From assembly GCA_964036045.1 (NCBI GenBank), contig OZ038379.1, positions 76,632,001 through 76,696,000 on the forward strand: a stretch of 64,000 nucleotides of DNA. Direction: 5' to 3'. The notes under the pieces are model-generated. The model saw only the letters and a list, made by a program, of their open reading frames with translations. It ran no database searches and was not told where the DNA came from. Within the stretch, counting starts at the first letter, position 1. Each line of letters begins with the position of its first letter. The position numbers and the translations under genes are program-made. Shown here piece after piece: positions 1 through 12,350 of this stretch. This DNA comes from Eutreptiella sp. 'Long Island Sound 2002' (Eukaryota; Protista; Euglenida).

Positions 1-1
1 T

Positions 2-256
2 TCAGCTCCGCGGCGCAATTCCATGCCCAGACGCCCGGGTGACAAGCCATCTGAAGATGCTGATTTTGCAGAAGCGCAGACCGCAAATTTGCTTGATGAC
101 TTACAGCAACCGCCGCCAGCAGAGCGCAGGCCCTCGGTGCATAGCGGCCGGTACATTGTGGAAGCCCCGAAGAAGAACTATCACTGCATTGTGTGCTATT
201 GCTTTCTGTTGCCCTGGAGCCGCATCTGCACCTGGCATGCAGCCAGCGACCACTAA
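2..256 (+). CDS. Possible 3' end of an ORF with a C-terminal Cys/His cluster; function unknown
   Basis: Frame is open from the window edge to TAA at 254-256 and ends HCIVCYCFLLPWSRICTWH. No family recognised. Confidence 0.2.
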   Translation, partial: SAPRRNSMPRRPGDKPSEDADFAEAQTANLLDDLQQPPPAERRPSVHSGRYIVEAPKKNYHCIVCYCFLLPWSRICTWHAASDH

Positions 257-680
257 GGTCAGCTAAGTACACTATTTTGGTAGTAGATTTAATCTTTTTT
301 TTTGTTCGTCTTCAGCCTGCACAGTGGCATGCACCATAGTGCAGCAGTATAACTATATATTTTTGTATGTCTATAACTTCTTTTATTGTTGATTATTTAT
401 ATTATTGCACAGTGGAATACACCACAGTGCAGCTTCTTCAGACACACGCATCGAATGGCCATTCGTCTCTCTGCTCAGTGTACTGTCGCTGTGCCTTCCC
501 CTCTTTTTGAGTGCGCCAGTCAATGACGGAGGAAAGTAATTGGCAGTTCAGGTTATGTGTCAAGTCATTCTTTTACCTTTCAGCACAGCAGGTAACAACA
601 AAAAAGCATGCAGAGGTTCAAAAACCAGACGGTTGAACAGTTTTGAAAAAATGAACACCATATTTTGAAAAAGCATTTAT

Positions 681-876
681 GTTTGTTAGGATACAAGCTG
701 CAGTGGGTTCTAAAAAGGTTTCTGGAAAAAAAATGATTGGAAACGGATTTTTGTTTGTTAGGATAAAAGCTGCAGTGGGTTTGAAAACGGTTTCGGAAAA
801 AAAACAATTGGAAATGCATTTTTGTTTCTTAGGATAAAAGCTGCAGTGGGTTTGAAGACGTTTTCCGAAAGAAACC
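681..876. repeat. About 72-bp tandem repeat, about 2.7 copies
   Basis: Three copies of TTAGGATA(A/C)AAGCTGCAGTGGGTT about 72 bp apart. Confidence 0.85.
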
Positions 877-879
877 AAG

Positions 880-1350
880 TCACATCACATCACATCACAA
901 CACATCACGGCAATTCAAATATGGTCACACACTTCACATCACATTAAAACACATCACATCACATCACACCACATCAAACCACATCACATCAAGTCAAATC
1001 AAATATCATTGCACCATATCAGATCACATGAAATCGCATGGCATCACATGACATCCCATCACATCACACCACATCACATCACATCACATCACGTCACGTC
1101 ACGTCACGTCACGTCACGTCACGTCACGTCATGTCACGTCACGTCACGTCACGTCACGTCACGTCATGTCACATCACATCGCATCTCATCACGTCACATC
1201 ACATCACATCGCATCACGCCACACCAAACCACACCACACGAGATCACACTACATCACATCGAATCACGCCATGTCACATTGCATCGCATCACATCACATC
1301 ACGTTGCGAACACCAAATCCTATCAACTAACAACGCATCACATCATATGG
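880..1350. repeat. Pentanucleotide microsatellite (CACAT)n with a pure (CACGT)n core
   Basis: Directly visible; the (CACGT)n stretch is at about 1090-1165. Confidence 0.95.
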
Positions 1351-1463
1351 CATGAAGGAAGGTCAATTTGCATTGGTTCATACAAGGTCAGATCACATAA
1401 GGTCCGCACACCTGCAATCCACGGCCTGTTTATGAGACCTTTACCAATAACTGAAACTCCAGG

Positions 1464-1509
1464 TTAGGATTACGGTTAGGGTTAGGGTCAGGGTTAAAGT
1501 TAGGGTTTC
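1464..1509 (+). repeat. Degenerate interstitial telomere-like (TTAGGG)n
   Basis: GGTTAGGATTACGGTTAGGGTTAGGGTCAGGGTTAAAGTTAGGGTT. Confidence 0.75.
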
Positions 1510-1517
1510 CGTTACTG

Positions 1518-1684
1518 GCATACGGCAGGATACGGCAGGGAAAGCAGGATACGGCAGTATAGGGCAGATACGGCAGGATACCTCAGGATACGGCAGAATA
1601 CGGCAGGATACGGCAGGATACAGCAGGATACGGCAGGATACGGCAGGATACGGCAGGATACGACAGGATACGGCAGGATACGCG
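1518..1684. repeat. 10-bp minisatellite (GATACGGCAG)n
   Basis: About 16 tandem, slightly degenerate copies. Confidence 0.95.
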
Positions 1685-1718
1685 TATTACAGGAATACAG
1701 TCGTATTAGGGAAACCCC

Positions 1719-2878
1719 ACTGAGGCGCCGACAGCGCCAGAAAGTATGCTGTTTTGCATGTATGCATGGAATATATATGCACCTTTGCCCCGGTTTGTCG
1801 CTGTGGAGCCTTTTGTGTTCAGTACTACAGGGCAAAGTTTCTTGCAGTGGCGGGGTGTGAGATTGCTGGGTGATTGGGCATGTTGTTGATTGTGTGTGAT
1901 GTTGCTCAGTTGAGGCCCCACCCACTGGCGAGCAACTGCATGGTTCGGGGATGGTGTCGGTGGTCTTGGGTAGGTGAAGGGGGTCAGCCACTCAAGAGTG
2001 GTGGCCGGGTACCAGGTCCTGAAGGATCATTAAGTGCAATGGGGGCTGCAGGTCGAGCACGTGGCTCCCAGGGAAGCCCCAAACACCCGAGGGCCAGGGC
2101 TCCCCGGTGCCTGGGCCAACCCCGCCCCCCCCTGCCAAGACTGCAGCTCAGCAAACGAGCATGCACCAGTGACCCGCCCCGAACGCCCTAAGTTATGCCT
2201 TTTGTAGGTTTTGTTGCCCAGGCCAACCATTGAGTTTTTACTTGTTTTTCAGACTCTCCGCGCTCCGTGTCGTGTCTTAGGAGCAGAGTGTAATACGCTT
2301 GCCCCAGCAACCAGGACAGGGCTGCAGGCCCTGGCGGCGACTGCGCCTTTGGCGCGTCGCCACCGTCTTCGCCAGAGTGACATAGATCGAGATGTGATTG
2401 GATTCTGTAGGATTTCCAGACTGTTTTACGCAGTTTCTGTTATAAAGGGGTTAATTACGATTGTTAGTCGTTGTTACGATCGTGTACCAAGTTATGATGT
2501 TACGTTGAGTCACGTTGCACTGTGTTATGCATTGCTTTCTTTGTATTTAGCTGATATGTAACGCTAAGCCAAGCAAGGTACAGTCCCGGTGACGAGTCCG
2601 GGCAGTATCAGCAAGGGCCGCGCCCTTGACACCGCCATGGAGAGCAGAACTTGAAGAGTTCCAAGAACAGCAGTGATCCAGTGTTGGATTTCTGCAAGTG
2701 TGCCTGCGTCAACAAGAGGTTTTGTGAGCACTGGGTAAAGCAGGAGGCTCAAGGAAACCCCCCAAAGATTTTGAAGATTTGGGAAAGCCAAGGCTTTAGG
2801 CAAAATGACGCTTTGTGGATTTTGTGGGTTTTGGAAAAGTTGAAAGATACCGAGTAAGGCACGAACAAAAGTGTTATA
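1719..2878 (+). repeat. Copy 1 of a 1.16-kb direct duplication (partner 3728-4887)
   Basis: Colinear match at offset about 2009 from ACTGAGGCGCCGACAG to AAAAGTGTTATA; paired ORFs in the track (e.g. 2030/4039, 1984/3993). Confidence 0.9.
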
Positions 2879-2939
2879 CAAAATCTTCATCTAAGTTCGG
2901 AACGCCGGGAGGAGACCTGCGGTTGTCGCCCATGCTCAT

Positions 2940-3670
2940 TGCGCCAGCGTGGGCGCTTCAGAAGTGCGCCAGCGAGGGCGCCTAGAATTGCGCCAGCGAG
3001 GGCGCTGAAAGTGTGTGCCAAAGAGGGCGCTGCCAGCAGCGTGGCCGCGTCAAGGAGAGGGTGACGGTGCAGTACATGCTCCAGCGAGGACGCTGACAAG
3101 TTCGCCAGTGAGGGCGCTGAAGCAGCGAAGGAGTGCACCCGCGACGGCGCTGAGATGTGCGCCAGCCAGAGCGCTGACAAGTGCGCCAGCAAGGGCGCTA
3201 ATGCACCGAAAGAGTGCGCCAGCGAGGGCGCTCAAATGTGCGCCAGCGAGGGCGCTGACGAATGCGCCAGTAAGGGCGCTGAAGGAGTGAAGGAGTGCGC
3301 CAGCGAGGGCGCCGAAGGAGTGTGCCCAAGAGGACGCTTCCTAGGGCGTGGACGCAACAAGGAGTGCACCGGTGAGGGCGCTTTACATGCTCCAGCGAGG
3401 ACGCTGACAAGTGCGCCAGCAAGAGCGCTGATGCACCGAAGGAGTGCGCCAGCGAAGGGCGCTGAAATGTGCGCCAGCGAGGGCGCTGACAAATGCGCCA
3501 GTGAGGGCGCTGAGGGAGTGAAGGAGTGCGGCAGCGAGGGCGCCGAAGGAGTGTGCGCAAGAGGACGCTTCCAGCAGTGTGGACGCAACAAGGAGTGCAC
3601 CGGTGAGGGTGTTTTACATGCTCCAGCAAGGACGCTGAAGGAGTGCGCCAGTCAGGGCGCTGAGAGTGCC
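2940..3670. repeat. GC-rich minisatellite, core GTGCGCCAGCGAGGGCGCTGA, with an about 230-bp internal higher-order duplication
   Basis: Repeated core visible; block near 3270-3420 recurs near 3500-3650. Confidence 0.9.
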
Positions 3671-3727
3671 AACGGGAATGAAGGGTGTTTCATTAAGAAT
3701 GCTGGGAATTTAAATTTTGGATTTGTT

Positions 3728-4887
3728 ACTGAGGCGCCGACAGTGCCAGAAGATATGCTGTTTGGCATGTATGCATGGAATATATATGCACCTTTGCCCT
3801 GGTTTGTCGCTGTGGAGCCTTTTTTGGTCAGTACTACAGGGCAAAGGTTCTTGCAGTGACGGGGTGTGAGATTGCTGGGTGGTTGGGCATGTTGTTGATT
3901 GTGTGTGATGCTGCCCAGTTGAGGCCCAACCCACTGGCGAGCAACTGCATGGTTCGGGGATGGTGTCGGTGGTCTTGGGTAGGTGAAGGGGGTCAGCCAC
4001 TCGAGAGTGGTGGCCGGGTACCAGGTCCTGAAGAATCATTAAGTGCAATGGGGGCTGCAGGTCGAGCACGTGGCTCCCAGGGAAGCCCCAAACACCCGAG
4101 GGCCAGAGCTCCCCGGTGCCTGGGCCAACCCCGCCCCCCCCTGCCAAGACTGCAGCTCAGCAAACGAGCATGCACCAGTGACCCGCCCCCAACGCCCTAA
4201 GTTATGCCTTTTGTAGGTTTTGTTGCCCAGGCCAACCATTGAGTTTTTACTTGTTTTTCAGACTCTCCACGCTCCGTGTCGTGTCTTATGAGGGGAGTGT
4301 AATAGGCTTGCCTGGGCAACCAGGACAGGGCTGCAGGCCCTGGTGGTGACTGCGCGTTTGACGCGTCGCCACGGTAATGGCCAGAGTGGCATAGATCGAG
4401 ATGTGATTGGATTCTGTAGGATTTCCAGACTGTTTTACGCAGTTTCTGTTATAAAGGGGTTAATTACGATTGTTAGTCGTTGTTACGATCGTGTACCAAG
4501 TTATGATGTTACGTTGAGTCACGTTGCACTGTGCTATGCATTGCTTTCTTTGTATTTAGCTGATATGTAACGCTAAGCCAAGCAAGGTACAGTCCCCGTG
4601 GCGAGTCCGGGCAGTATCAGCAAGGGCCGCGTCCTTGACACCGCCATGGAAAGCAGAACTTGAAGAGTTCCAAGAACAGCAGTGATCCAGTGTTGGATTC
4701 GTGCAAGTGTGCCAGCGTCAACAACAGGTTTTGTGAGCAGTGGGTAAAGCAGGAGACTCAAGGAAACCCGTCGAAGACTTTGAAGATTTGAGAAAGCCAA
4801 GGCTTTAGGCCAAATGACGCTTTGTGGATTTTGTGGGTTTTGGAACAGTTGAAAGATACCGAGTACGGCACAAACAAAAGTGTTATA
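3728..4887 (+). repeat. Copy 2 of the 1.16-kb direct duplication
   Basis: See copy 1; scattered substitutions only. Confidence 0.9.
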
Positions 4888-4889
4888 TA

Positions 4890-7800
4890 GCTGGTGATGC
4901 TGGCGGTGAGGGTGGTGTGGGTGATGCAGTGGGTGATTGCGCTGCTGGTGGTGCCGTTGGTGAGGGTGGTGTAGGCGATGGTGCAGGTGAGGACGGTGTA
5001 GGCAATGCGTCAGTTGATGGTGAGGTTGGTGGGTCAGCCGGTCACGGTGTCGCTGGTGGTGTTAGTGGCGTTGGTGGCCGTGGTGGTGTTGGTGATGCTG
5101 ACGGTGAGGGTGATGGTGGGGTTGCTGCTGGCGAGGGTGGTGCCGGTAACGAAACGGGCGGTGTTGGTGCCAGTGATGCCGATGCTGAGGGTGCTGTCCC
5201 TGGGCGTTGGGGGTGTAATGTATCCGGGCCGGACGGTTGGACCCGGTTTGTGGTGGTGGTCGTGAGGGTGTCCCGTACCAGGAGGGTGACACATCGGGTG
5301 GTGGGGACGTTGTTGCCGATGGTGGAGGTGGGGTAGGTGATGTGGTGGTGAGGGTGGCATAGGGGATGCCCCGGGTGACAGTGATGGTGGTGTCGGTGAC
5401 GGTGGGGGTGTTGTAGGTGGTGTACCGGGTGGTGGTGTCGCTGGTGGTGGCGGTGGTTGGTGCCTGTGGTGCTGGCGATGTGGCCGGGTGGTGGTGGTGT
5501 TGCAGTTGGTGGGGGGTGATGGTGGGGGGAGGTAAAGCTGTCCTTGGACTGCGGGTAGACCCCGTCTAGTGATGGTGGTGCTGGTGGTGTCGACGTTCAG
5601 GTTGTTGGAGATGCCAGGCTTCTGGCGTTGCACGTGGTGGTGGTGCCGCTGGCGAGGTCGATGGTGAGCACAGGTGGTGCCATGCGCGGCGGTGTCGACG
5701 GCAACGGCGTTGCCGCTGACATCACGAGTGAGTGTGTTGGTGGTGAGGCCGACGGCGTGGGTGCTGTGGTGGTAGTGATGTGGATGATAGTTCATGGAGG
5801 TTGGTGGTGGTGATGGTGAGGGCGCTGTTGGTGTCTCCCTGGGTTTCGGTGCCACCGATGGAGGGGGCGGTGTGGGTGTCGCACGTATCAGGGGTCGGTG
5901 TCGTCGGCGGTGGGGGTGTTGCAGGTGGTGTTACGGTTGACGGTGCTGGTGATGTTGATGGTAGGTGATGGTGTAGGTGCTGGTTCTGGGTCTGCGTCCG
6001 CGGGCGGGCGGTCTTTGGCCTGTTGTGGGTGCTGTTGGCCGGCTTGCCTGCTGGTCCTGGCGGTGTTTATCATCTTCTGGTCCTGTCGGTGTTGGGTGGC
6101 TGTTCCTGGCGGAGTGATATCGTTGGGTGGGGGTATTGCGGGTGTTGCTGCAGGGTTTAGGTGTAGGTGAGGTTTAGGGTGTGGTGTTGGTGTCGTCAGT
6201 GACGCCATGTTGTGATGGTGGGTGCTGGAACTGGTGGTGGTGGCGCTGGTGACAGCGGTGGTGGGGCTGCTCGGTCCTGGTCAGGTTGCCGTCGCTGGTG
6301 CTTTGGGAGCTGACGGTGATGGCGCTGCTGGATGTGTAGATGGCGGGGGTGCAGGCGAAGCCGCCGTTGTTCAAGGGATCGGGGATGGAATGGGGGAAAT
6401 GTATTCGGGTGGTGGTGCCGCCGGTGGCACGGACAATGAGGATGGTGCTGCTTGCGGTAGTGTGGCTGAGGGCGGTGTAGGTGACACGCTGGGTGTTGGC
6501 GTTGGTGATGTGGACGGTGTTGTCGGTGGTGCCCCTGTTGCTAGTGCCGCTGGTGATGCCTTCTCTGTTTGCCAGGGTGCTGCAGGGGTGGTACGGCTGC
6601 CGGCGCCGCTGGTGATGACACCGACGTGGCTGTTGTAGGTGATGGTTCTGGGCGTGAGTTCGCGGATGGGTGGTCGTGGGCGTGGACCCTCGCGACTCAT
6701 GGCGGAGGGCTTGGTGGGGGTTTGTGGTTGGTTGATTCGCCAATCCTGGTCGTGTTGGCCGCTTCTGGTGTCTGGGCATGTCCTCGCCAATCGTGGCGAG
6801 GGGTGCTGATGGTGGGGGTGGTGCAGGTGATGGTGTTCTCGATGTCGGTGACGTCTGCGGTTGCAGGTGTCTCACCGGGCGGTGCCGAGGGTGAGGTTGG
6901 TGTAGGTGATGACGGTGTGGGCGGCGTCATCGGTGATGCCGCCGGTGAGGGTGGTGCCGTTGATCATCCAGCTGACGCCGTTGGTGTGGGTGACGTGTGG
7001 GGTGTTGGTGCTGTTTGTGACGCTGATGGTGATGTTTGTGTCGGTCGTGCTCCGGTTGTCGGCGTTGTTTGGGACGCCGATGGTGAGGGCGCCACTGGTG
7101 ATGCTTTAGCGGTTGGTGCCGCTGGTGGTGCTCCGACGGTGAGGGTGCTGGGGCCGTTGGGTGCGGCTCCGCAACGTCGGGGTATCTCCTCGCCACTCCT
7201 GGCGGGTGGTGCTGTTGGTGTTGCTGCTGGTGGGGGTGGTGGATGTGATGGTGTTGTTGATGTTGATGGTGCCGCCTGGGGTGGTCGCTGGTGATGCTCC
7301 GGGTGATGCTGATGCTGCGGGTGTTGCAGGTGTTGCTCCGGTTTACGGTGTCGCTGGTGATGCGAATGGTGAGGGTGTTGTAGGTAGGTGGTGTGCCGTT
7401 CTGTGGTGCCGCTGGCGTTGATGATGATGAGGGTGGTGATTCCGGGTGTGGGCGTTCCCTGGGCTTTGTTTAGTGTGTGCTGTTGCTATTTCTTGCTTGG
7501 GGCCCGGTGGGTGGCGTTGCTGGCGTTTGTTCGCCAGTCCTAGTCCTGCTGGCGCTCGTGGTGATGCCGACGGTGAGGGCGCCGTAGGTGATATACTGTG
7601 CTGGGGTCGTCGGTGTTGGTGATGGTGGGGGTGTTGTAGGTGACGCAACACGTTTGCTGCCTTTTCGGGCGTTGTTTACGGTGAAGGTGTTGTCGGTGAT
7701 GCTCCAGGTGACGTCGTCGGCGGGGGTGGTGCTGCGGATACTGGCGTCGCTGGTGATGTCGACGGTGAGGGTGTCGCAGGTGATGCTTTGGTGGATGGCG

Positions 7801-9600
7801 TTTCTTGTGGTGGACTGACGGTGAGGGTGTTGCAGGTGATGGTGCTGGGTGTGGGCCCGCGCTTGGGTGGTCGTCTGCAGTTCTGGGCGTAGGCTCCCGC
7901 CACTTCTGGCGGAGGGCCTGGCGTGCATTGGTGGTCGGCTGGTGGTCGGTTGCCTTGCGGTCCTGGTGGTGCCAGTTGTCTCTGGTGTCGGGGTAGTTCC
8001 TCGCCAATCGTGGGGTCTGCAGTTGTAGGTGTTGCACCGGTTGTTGTCGAGTGTGCCGATGCTGTGGGTGGGTGGCGGTGTTGTTGTGATGCTAACGTTG
8101 GTGACGCTGCTGATGTTGATGATGAGGGTGCTGCAGGCGGAGCTCCGGGTGTTGGCTGCGCTGGTGATGCCGATGGCGAGGGTGCTGTAGATGATGCCTT
8201 GGTGGACGGTGCTGCTGCTGATGCTCTGACGTTGCCGTTGGGGTGGGCGCTTGCCACTCCTGGCGGAGGGTCCCGCGAGTGTTGCTGGCCGGTGCGTTGG
8301 TCCTGGCGGTGTTGGCTGGCTCTGGTGTCGGGGCAGCCCCTCGCCACTCCTGGTGTTGTTGATGCCCATGGTGTTGCAGGTGTTGTACCGGGTGATGCCT
8401 AGGGTGAGGGTGCTGTGGGTGGTGTTGCTGCGGTTGCTGTTGATGATTCTCCGGGTTGCTGTCGCTGACGTTGCATTGTTGGTGGTGCTGTTGTGGATGC
8501 CGGTGGTGAGGGCGTTGCAGGTGATGTCACGGTTTACGGTGTCTCTCTTGTTGATGATAATGAGGGTGCTGCTGGTGGTTCTGGTGTGGGTCCGTGTGTG
8601 AGCGGTCTGTGGCTTGTGTTCGGGCGTCTCTGTTCCCGGGTGGGGGCCTGGTGGGCGGCGGTGCTGTCCTGTTGGCTCTCACGGGGAGGGTGCGCCGTAG
8701 GTGATGTGGGTCGCTGGTGATGCCGATGGCGAGAGTGTTGCAGGTGATGCTCCGGGTGATGTCGTCGGTGAGGGTGGTGTTGCTGGCACTTTGTGGCCAC
8801 GGTGTGGGTGCCGCTGGTGATGCATTGGTGGATGGCGTCTCCTGCGATGCTCTGGTGGCGAGGGTGTTGTTGATGATGGTTCCGGGAGTTGGCCCTTGCC
8901 ACCCCTGGTCGGGGGCTTGGTGGGTGGAAGTGGTTTGTTTGTTCACCGGTCTTGGTGGCGTTGGCTGCCTCTGGTGCCGGAGGGTGCCGCTGGTGACGTT
9001 GATGGTCGGGGCGGTGGAGGTGATGGTGTCGTTGATGCCGTTGGGTTGGATGCTGTAGGTGTTGTACCGGGTGTTGCTGCGCGTAGGTGTCGTAGGCGTT
9101 GCTGGGGGCGGCCGTGCTGCCGGTGATGGCGATGGTGAGAGTGCTGCAGGCGCTGGCATGATTGTTGGTGGTGTTGGTGATTCCGATGGTGAGGGTGCTG
9201 GCGCTGGCGGCTTTGGGTGTGGGTCTGTGCGTGGCGCGGCTGTGGTCGTGGTCGTGGTCGTTGGCTGGTGTTGGGTGTCGCTGGCTTCTTGTGTTGCTCT
9301 GATGTTGGCGAGGGTGTCTTACGTGTTGTGCTGGGTGTTGCTGGGGTTGCTGGTGTTGCAGACGGTGGGGGCGTGGTGCTGGATGTTGGCGCAAGTGAGG
9401 GTGCCGTGGGTGCTGTACTGGGTGTTGTTGCCGCTGGTGTCGCCGTTGGCTCTGTGTGTTTCCGTTGGCGAGGGTGTTGTGGGTGGTGCTGTTGGTGTGG
9501 GTGCTGCAGCCCTCGGTTCTGGGTGTGGGCATGGGCGTGGTTGGTTGTTGGGTTTTGCTGGGTGTGGGCCCTCGCCACCCCTGGCTGAGGGCTTAGTGGG
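4890..9600. repeat. Degenerate triplet-periodic (GGT/GAT/GCT/GTT) low-complexity array
   Basis: Recurring GGTGATGC(C/T)GA(C/T)GGTGAGGGTG..GCAGGTGATG blocks. Gly/Ala/Asp/Val-rich on plus and Thr/Pro/Ser-rich on minus, broken by many frameshifts and stops. Confidence 0.8.
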
Positions 9601-12350
9601 TGGTGGTGCTGGTTGGGTTACCCGTGTGTCCTACCTCTCCTGGTGGAGGGCCCGGGGCGGCGTTTCCTATCGTTCCTTTGTGGGGTTCAGTGTTGGGGTT
9701 GACGGTGGGTTCCTCGCCATTCCTGGCTGAGGGTTGTTGGCTTCTTTGGGGGTTTCCTGTGTTGTCTGCGTTTGTGGTGCGGGCGGTGCTCGCGCTTTTG
9801 TGTATTGTGTATGTCTGTGGCGCTTGTGTTGGTGGCGGCTGTGGTGGTGTGTGCTGCGTGTGCGCGGGTGCGTGTGTGGTGTATTGGTGGTGCGTTTGGG
9901 TGCCTGCCCTCGCCTCTCTTGGCTTGGGTAGGCGGCTCTGTGCGGGTGTGGGTGTTGCCTGTCCTGGCTGAGGGGCGTGCATGTGGTTCTCCGCTACTCC
10001 TGGCTGCGGTCTGGTGGTGGTGGTGCGTTCCCCCGCTGCCCCCTTGCGTGCTCTCCCCGCTCTTCCTCTGGGCTGCGTTGCCTTGCGTGCTGCTCCCCTG
10101 GTGTCTTGTCCGGGACTACCCGGGCTGTGATGGGTGTGTGGTGGGGATAGGTCGGGGGGCGGGGGCGGGTCCTTGACGCTGGCCCGGGTCCCTTCCCCTG
10201 CTGTTTCCCCTTGGGGGTGCCGATGCTTGCACTCCCTGTCAGGGTGTAATTCTGTTGTACGGGCCGTCCATTTGTACCCGCTCCGTACAAATGGACCTGC
10301 TTCGTAGCCAGGTACTCCAGCCGTTACTCACACCGGGGTCGGGTACACTGTGGGTCGCAGGGGAGTCCTTGCAGGACAGGCGTGTCTCTTGCCTGGCCCG
10401 ATGGACGGTGTGCCCTACCCGCAGCCCCTCGCTGGACACGAACCGCAGTACGTGCCGGGGGGAGTGCTCCTGGTCAGGCCCATTGGTCGGCCCCCCAAGA
10501 CGGTGCCACCTCGGGCCGCTGACCAACGGTCCTGGGCGTATCCCACCTTATTGCGTGTGCTCAGGTTAGGCCGATACGGTCGCCGGGGGGGGCCCCAAAC
10601 CCCTGAGGTTCGGCTCCACGCCTGCGTCCCCTGTGGGCTCCTTTTGTCCTGTTCCCCCCCTACCACTGTGTTGGGTTCGGTGGTGGGTCTTTCGCCACTC
10701 CTGGCTTGGGTGCGGTGGTGGTGCTGGGGGGGCGGCTCCTCGCCACTACTGGACGAGGTGCTTATGTGGGCGTCCCCGCCACCCCTGGCTGGGGCCCGCT
10801 GCCGCCGGCGGCGGGTGGTCCCTCGCCAGTCCTGGCTGAGGGTCCTGGGTGCGGCTCCCCGCCACTCCTGGCTGGAGTCCGCTGGTGGTGCTGGGGCGGG
10901 TCGTCCTTCGCCACTCCTGGGTGAGGACCGCTGGTTCCTGGAGCGTGTCTAGGTGGAGATCCCCGCCACTCCTGGCTGGGGTGCGGTGGTGGTGGTGGGT
11001 GGCCCTTCGCCACTCCCGGCTGAGGGTCCTGGGTGGGTGTTCCCTCGCCACTCCTGGGTGAGGGCCCCAGGTGCGGTTCCTCGCCACTCCTGGCTGGGGT
11101 CCGCTGGTTGTGGTGGTGTGTGGTCCCTCGCCACTCCTGGCTGAGGGTCCTGGGTGGGTGTTCCCTCGCCACTCCTGGCTGAGGGCCCCGGGTGCGGTTC
11201 CCCACCACTTCTCGCTGGGGTTTACCGGCTGCGGCGGTGGCGGTGGCCTGTTTCCGTGGGGTTTGGTGGGGGGTCTCCCGTGTTGTGTGTGTTTGTGGTG
11301 CAGCGCGTGTGCCTGGTGCCTGTGTTTGTGCGTGTTTTGTGTGTTCTTGGTGTCTGTGTGGGTGGTGGTGCGGGTGTTTCTTCCGCGTGTGTTGGTGTGC
11401 CTGTCTGTGTGTGTGTGGTGTGTTGGTGGTCTGTGGTTGCTTGTCCCCGCTTCCCTCGGCTGGGGCTTGCTGATGGTGTTGGTGTGCTGTAGTTGGTCCT
11501 TTGCCACTCCTGGCAGAGGGTCCTGAGTGCGATTCCCCGCCACTCCTGGCTGGGTTTCGCTGTCGGTGGTGGTGGGTGTTCCTCGCCACTCCTGGCTGAG
11601 GGCCCGGGGTGCGGTTCCCCGCCACTCCTGGCTGGGGTCCGCCGGCTGCGGTGGGGGGTTTCGTGGGGGTGGGGGTGTCCCGTGTTGTGTGTGTTTGTGG
11701 CGTGGGTGGTTGCGTGTGGTGCTCGTGCTATTGTATGTTTTGTGTTTTTGTGGTGTCTGTGTTGTTGGTGGTGTGGTGTGGTGGTGTGGTGTGGGTGTGT
11801 CTTCCGCGTGCGCTGGTGTGCGTGCTAGCGTGTGCGTGGTGTGTCGGTGGTCTGTGGTTGCTTGTCCCCGCCTTTCTCGGTTGGGGCTTGCGGCTGGTGT
11901 TTGTGTGGGTGTGGTTGGTGTGTGTTGTGGGTCCCTCGCCACTCCTGCCTGACGTTCCTGGGTGCAGTTCCCCGCCACTCCTGGCTGGGGTCTGCCCTTT
12001 GTGGTGGTGGTTGGTCCCTCGCCACTCCTAGCTGAGGGTTGTGGTTCCGGTGCCCCGCCACTCCTGGCTTGGGTTCGCCGCCGGCTGTGGTGGGTGGTCC
12101 CTCGCCACTCCTGGCCGAGGGCCGTGGGCGTGGTTCCCCGCTACTCCTGGCTGGGGTCCGCCGGTTGTGGTGGTGGGGGCTCGCTCGCCACTCCTGGCTG
12201 TGGGCCCCTGGTTGCCCTTCTCCGTGGCCCTGGTGTGTGTGTGTGTGCTGTGTGGCACCTCGTGTTGGTGTGGGTGGTGTGCGGGGGTCGTGTGTGGTGT
12301 GCTTGCGGTGGTGTGTGTGTGTGCGTGCGGTGTGTGGTTTGTGGGGTATG
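9560..12350. repeat. GT-rich satellite built on the CGCCACTCCTGGCTG core, with a unique GC-rich insert at about 10180-10680
   Basis: Core repeated every 40-60 bp at about 10690-12200, between (GT)-rich spacers. Confidence 0.9.

Noticed and set aside
1009-1467. His/Thr/Ser-rich ORFs
   Set aside because: Translations of the (CACAT/CACGT)n microsatellite.
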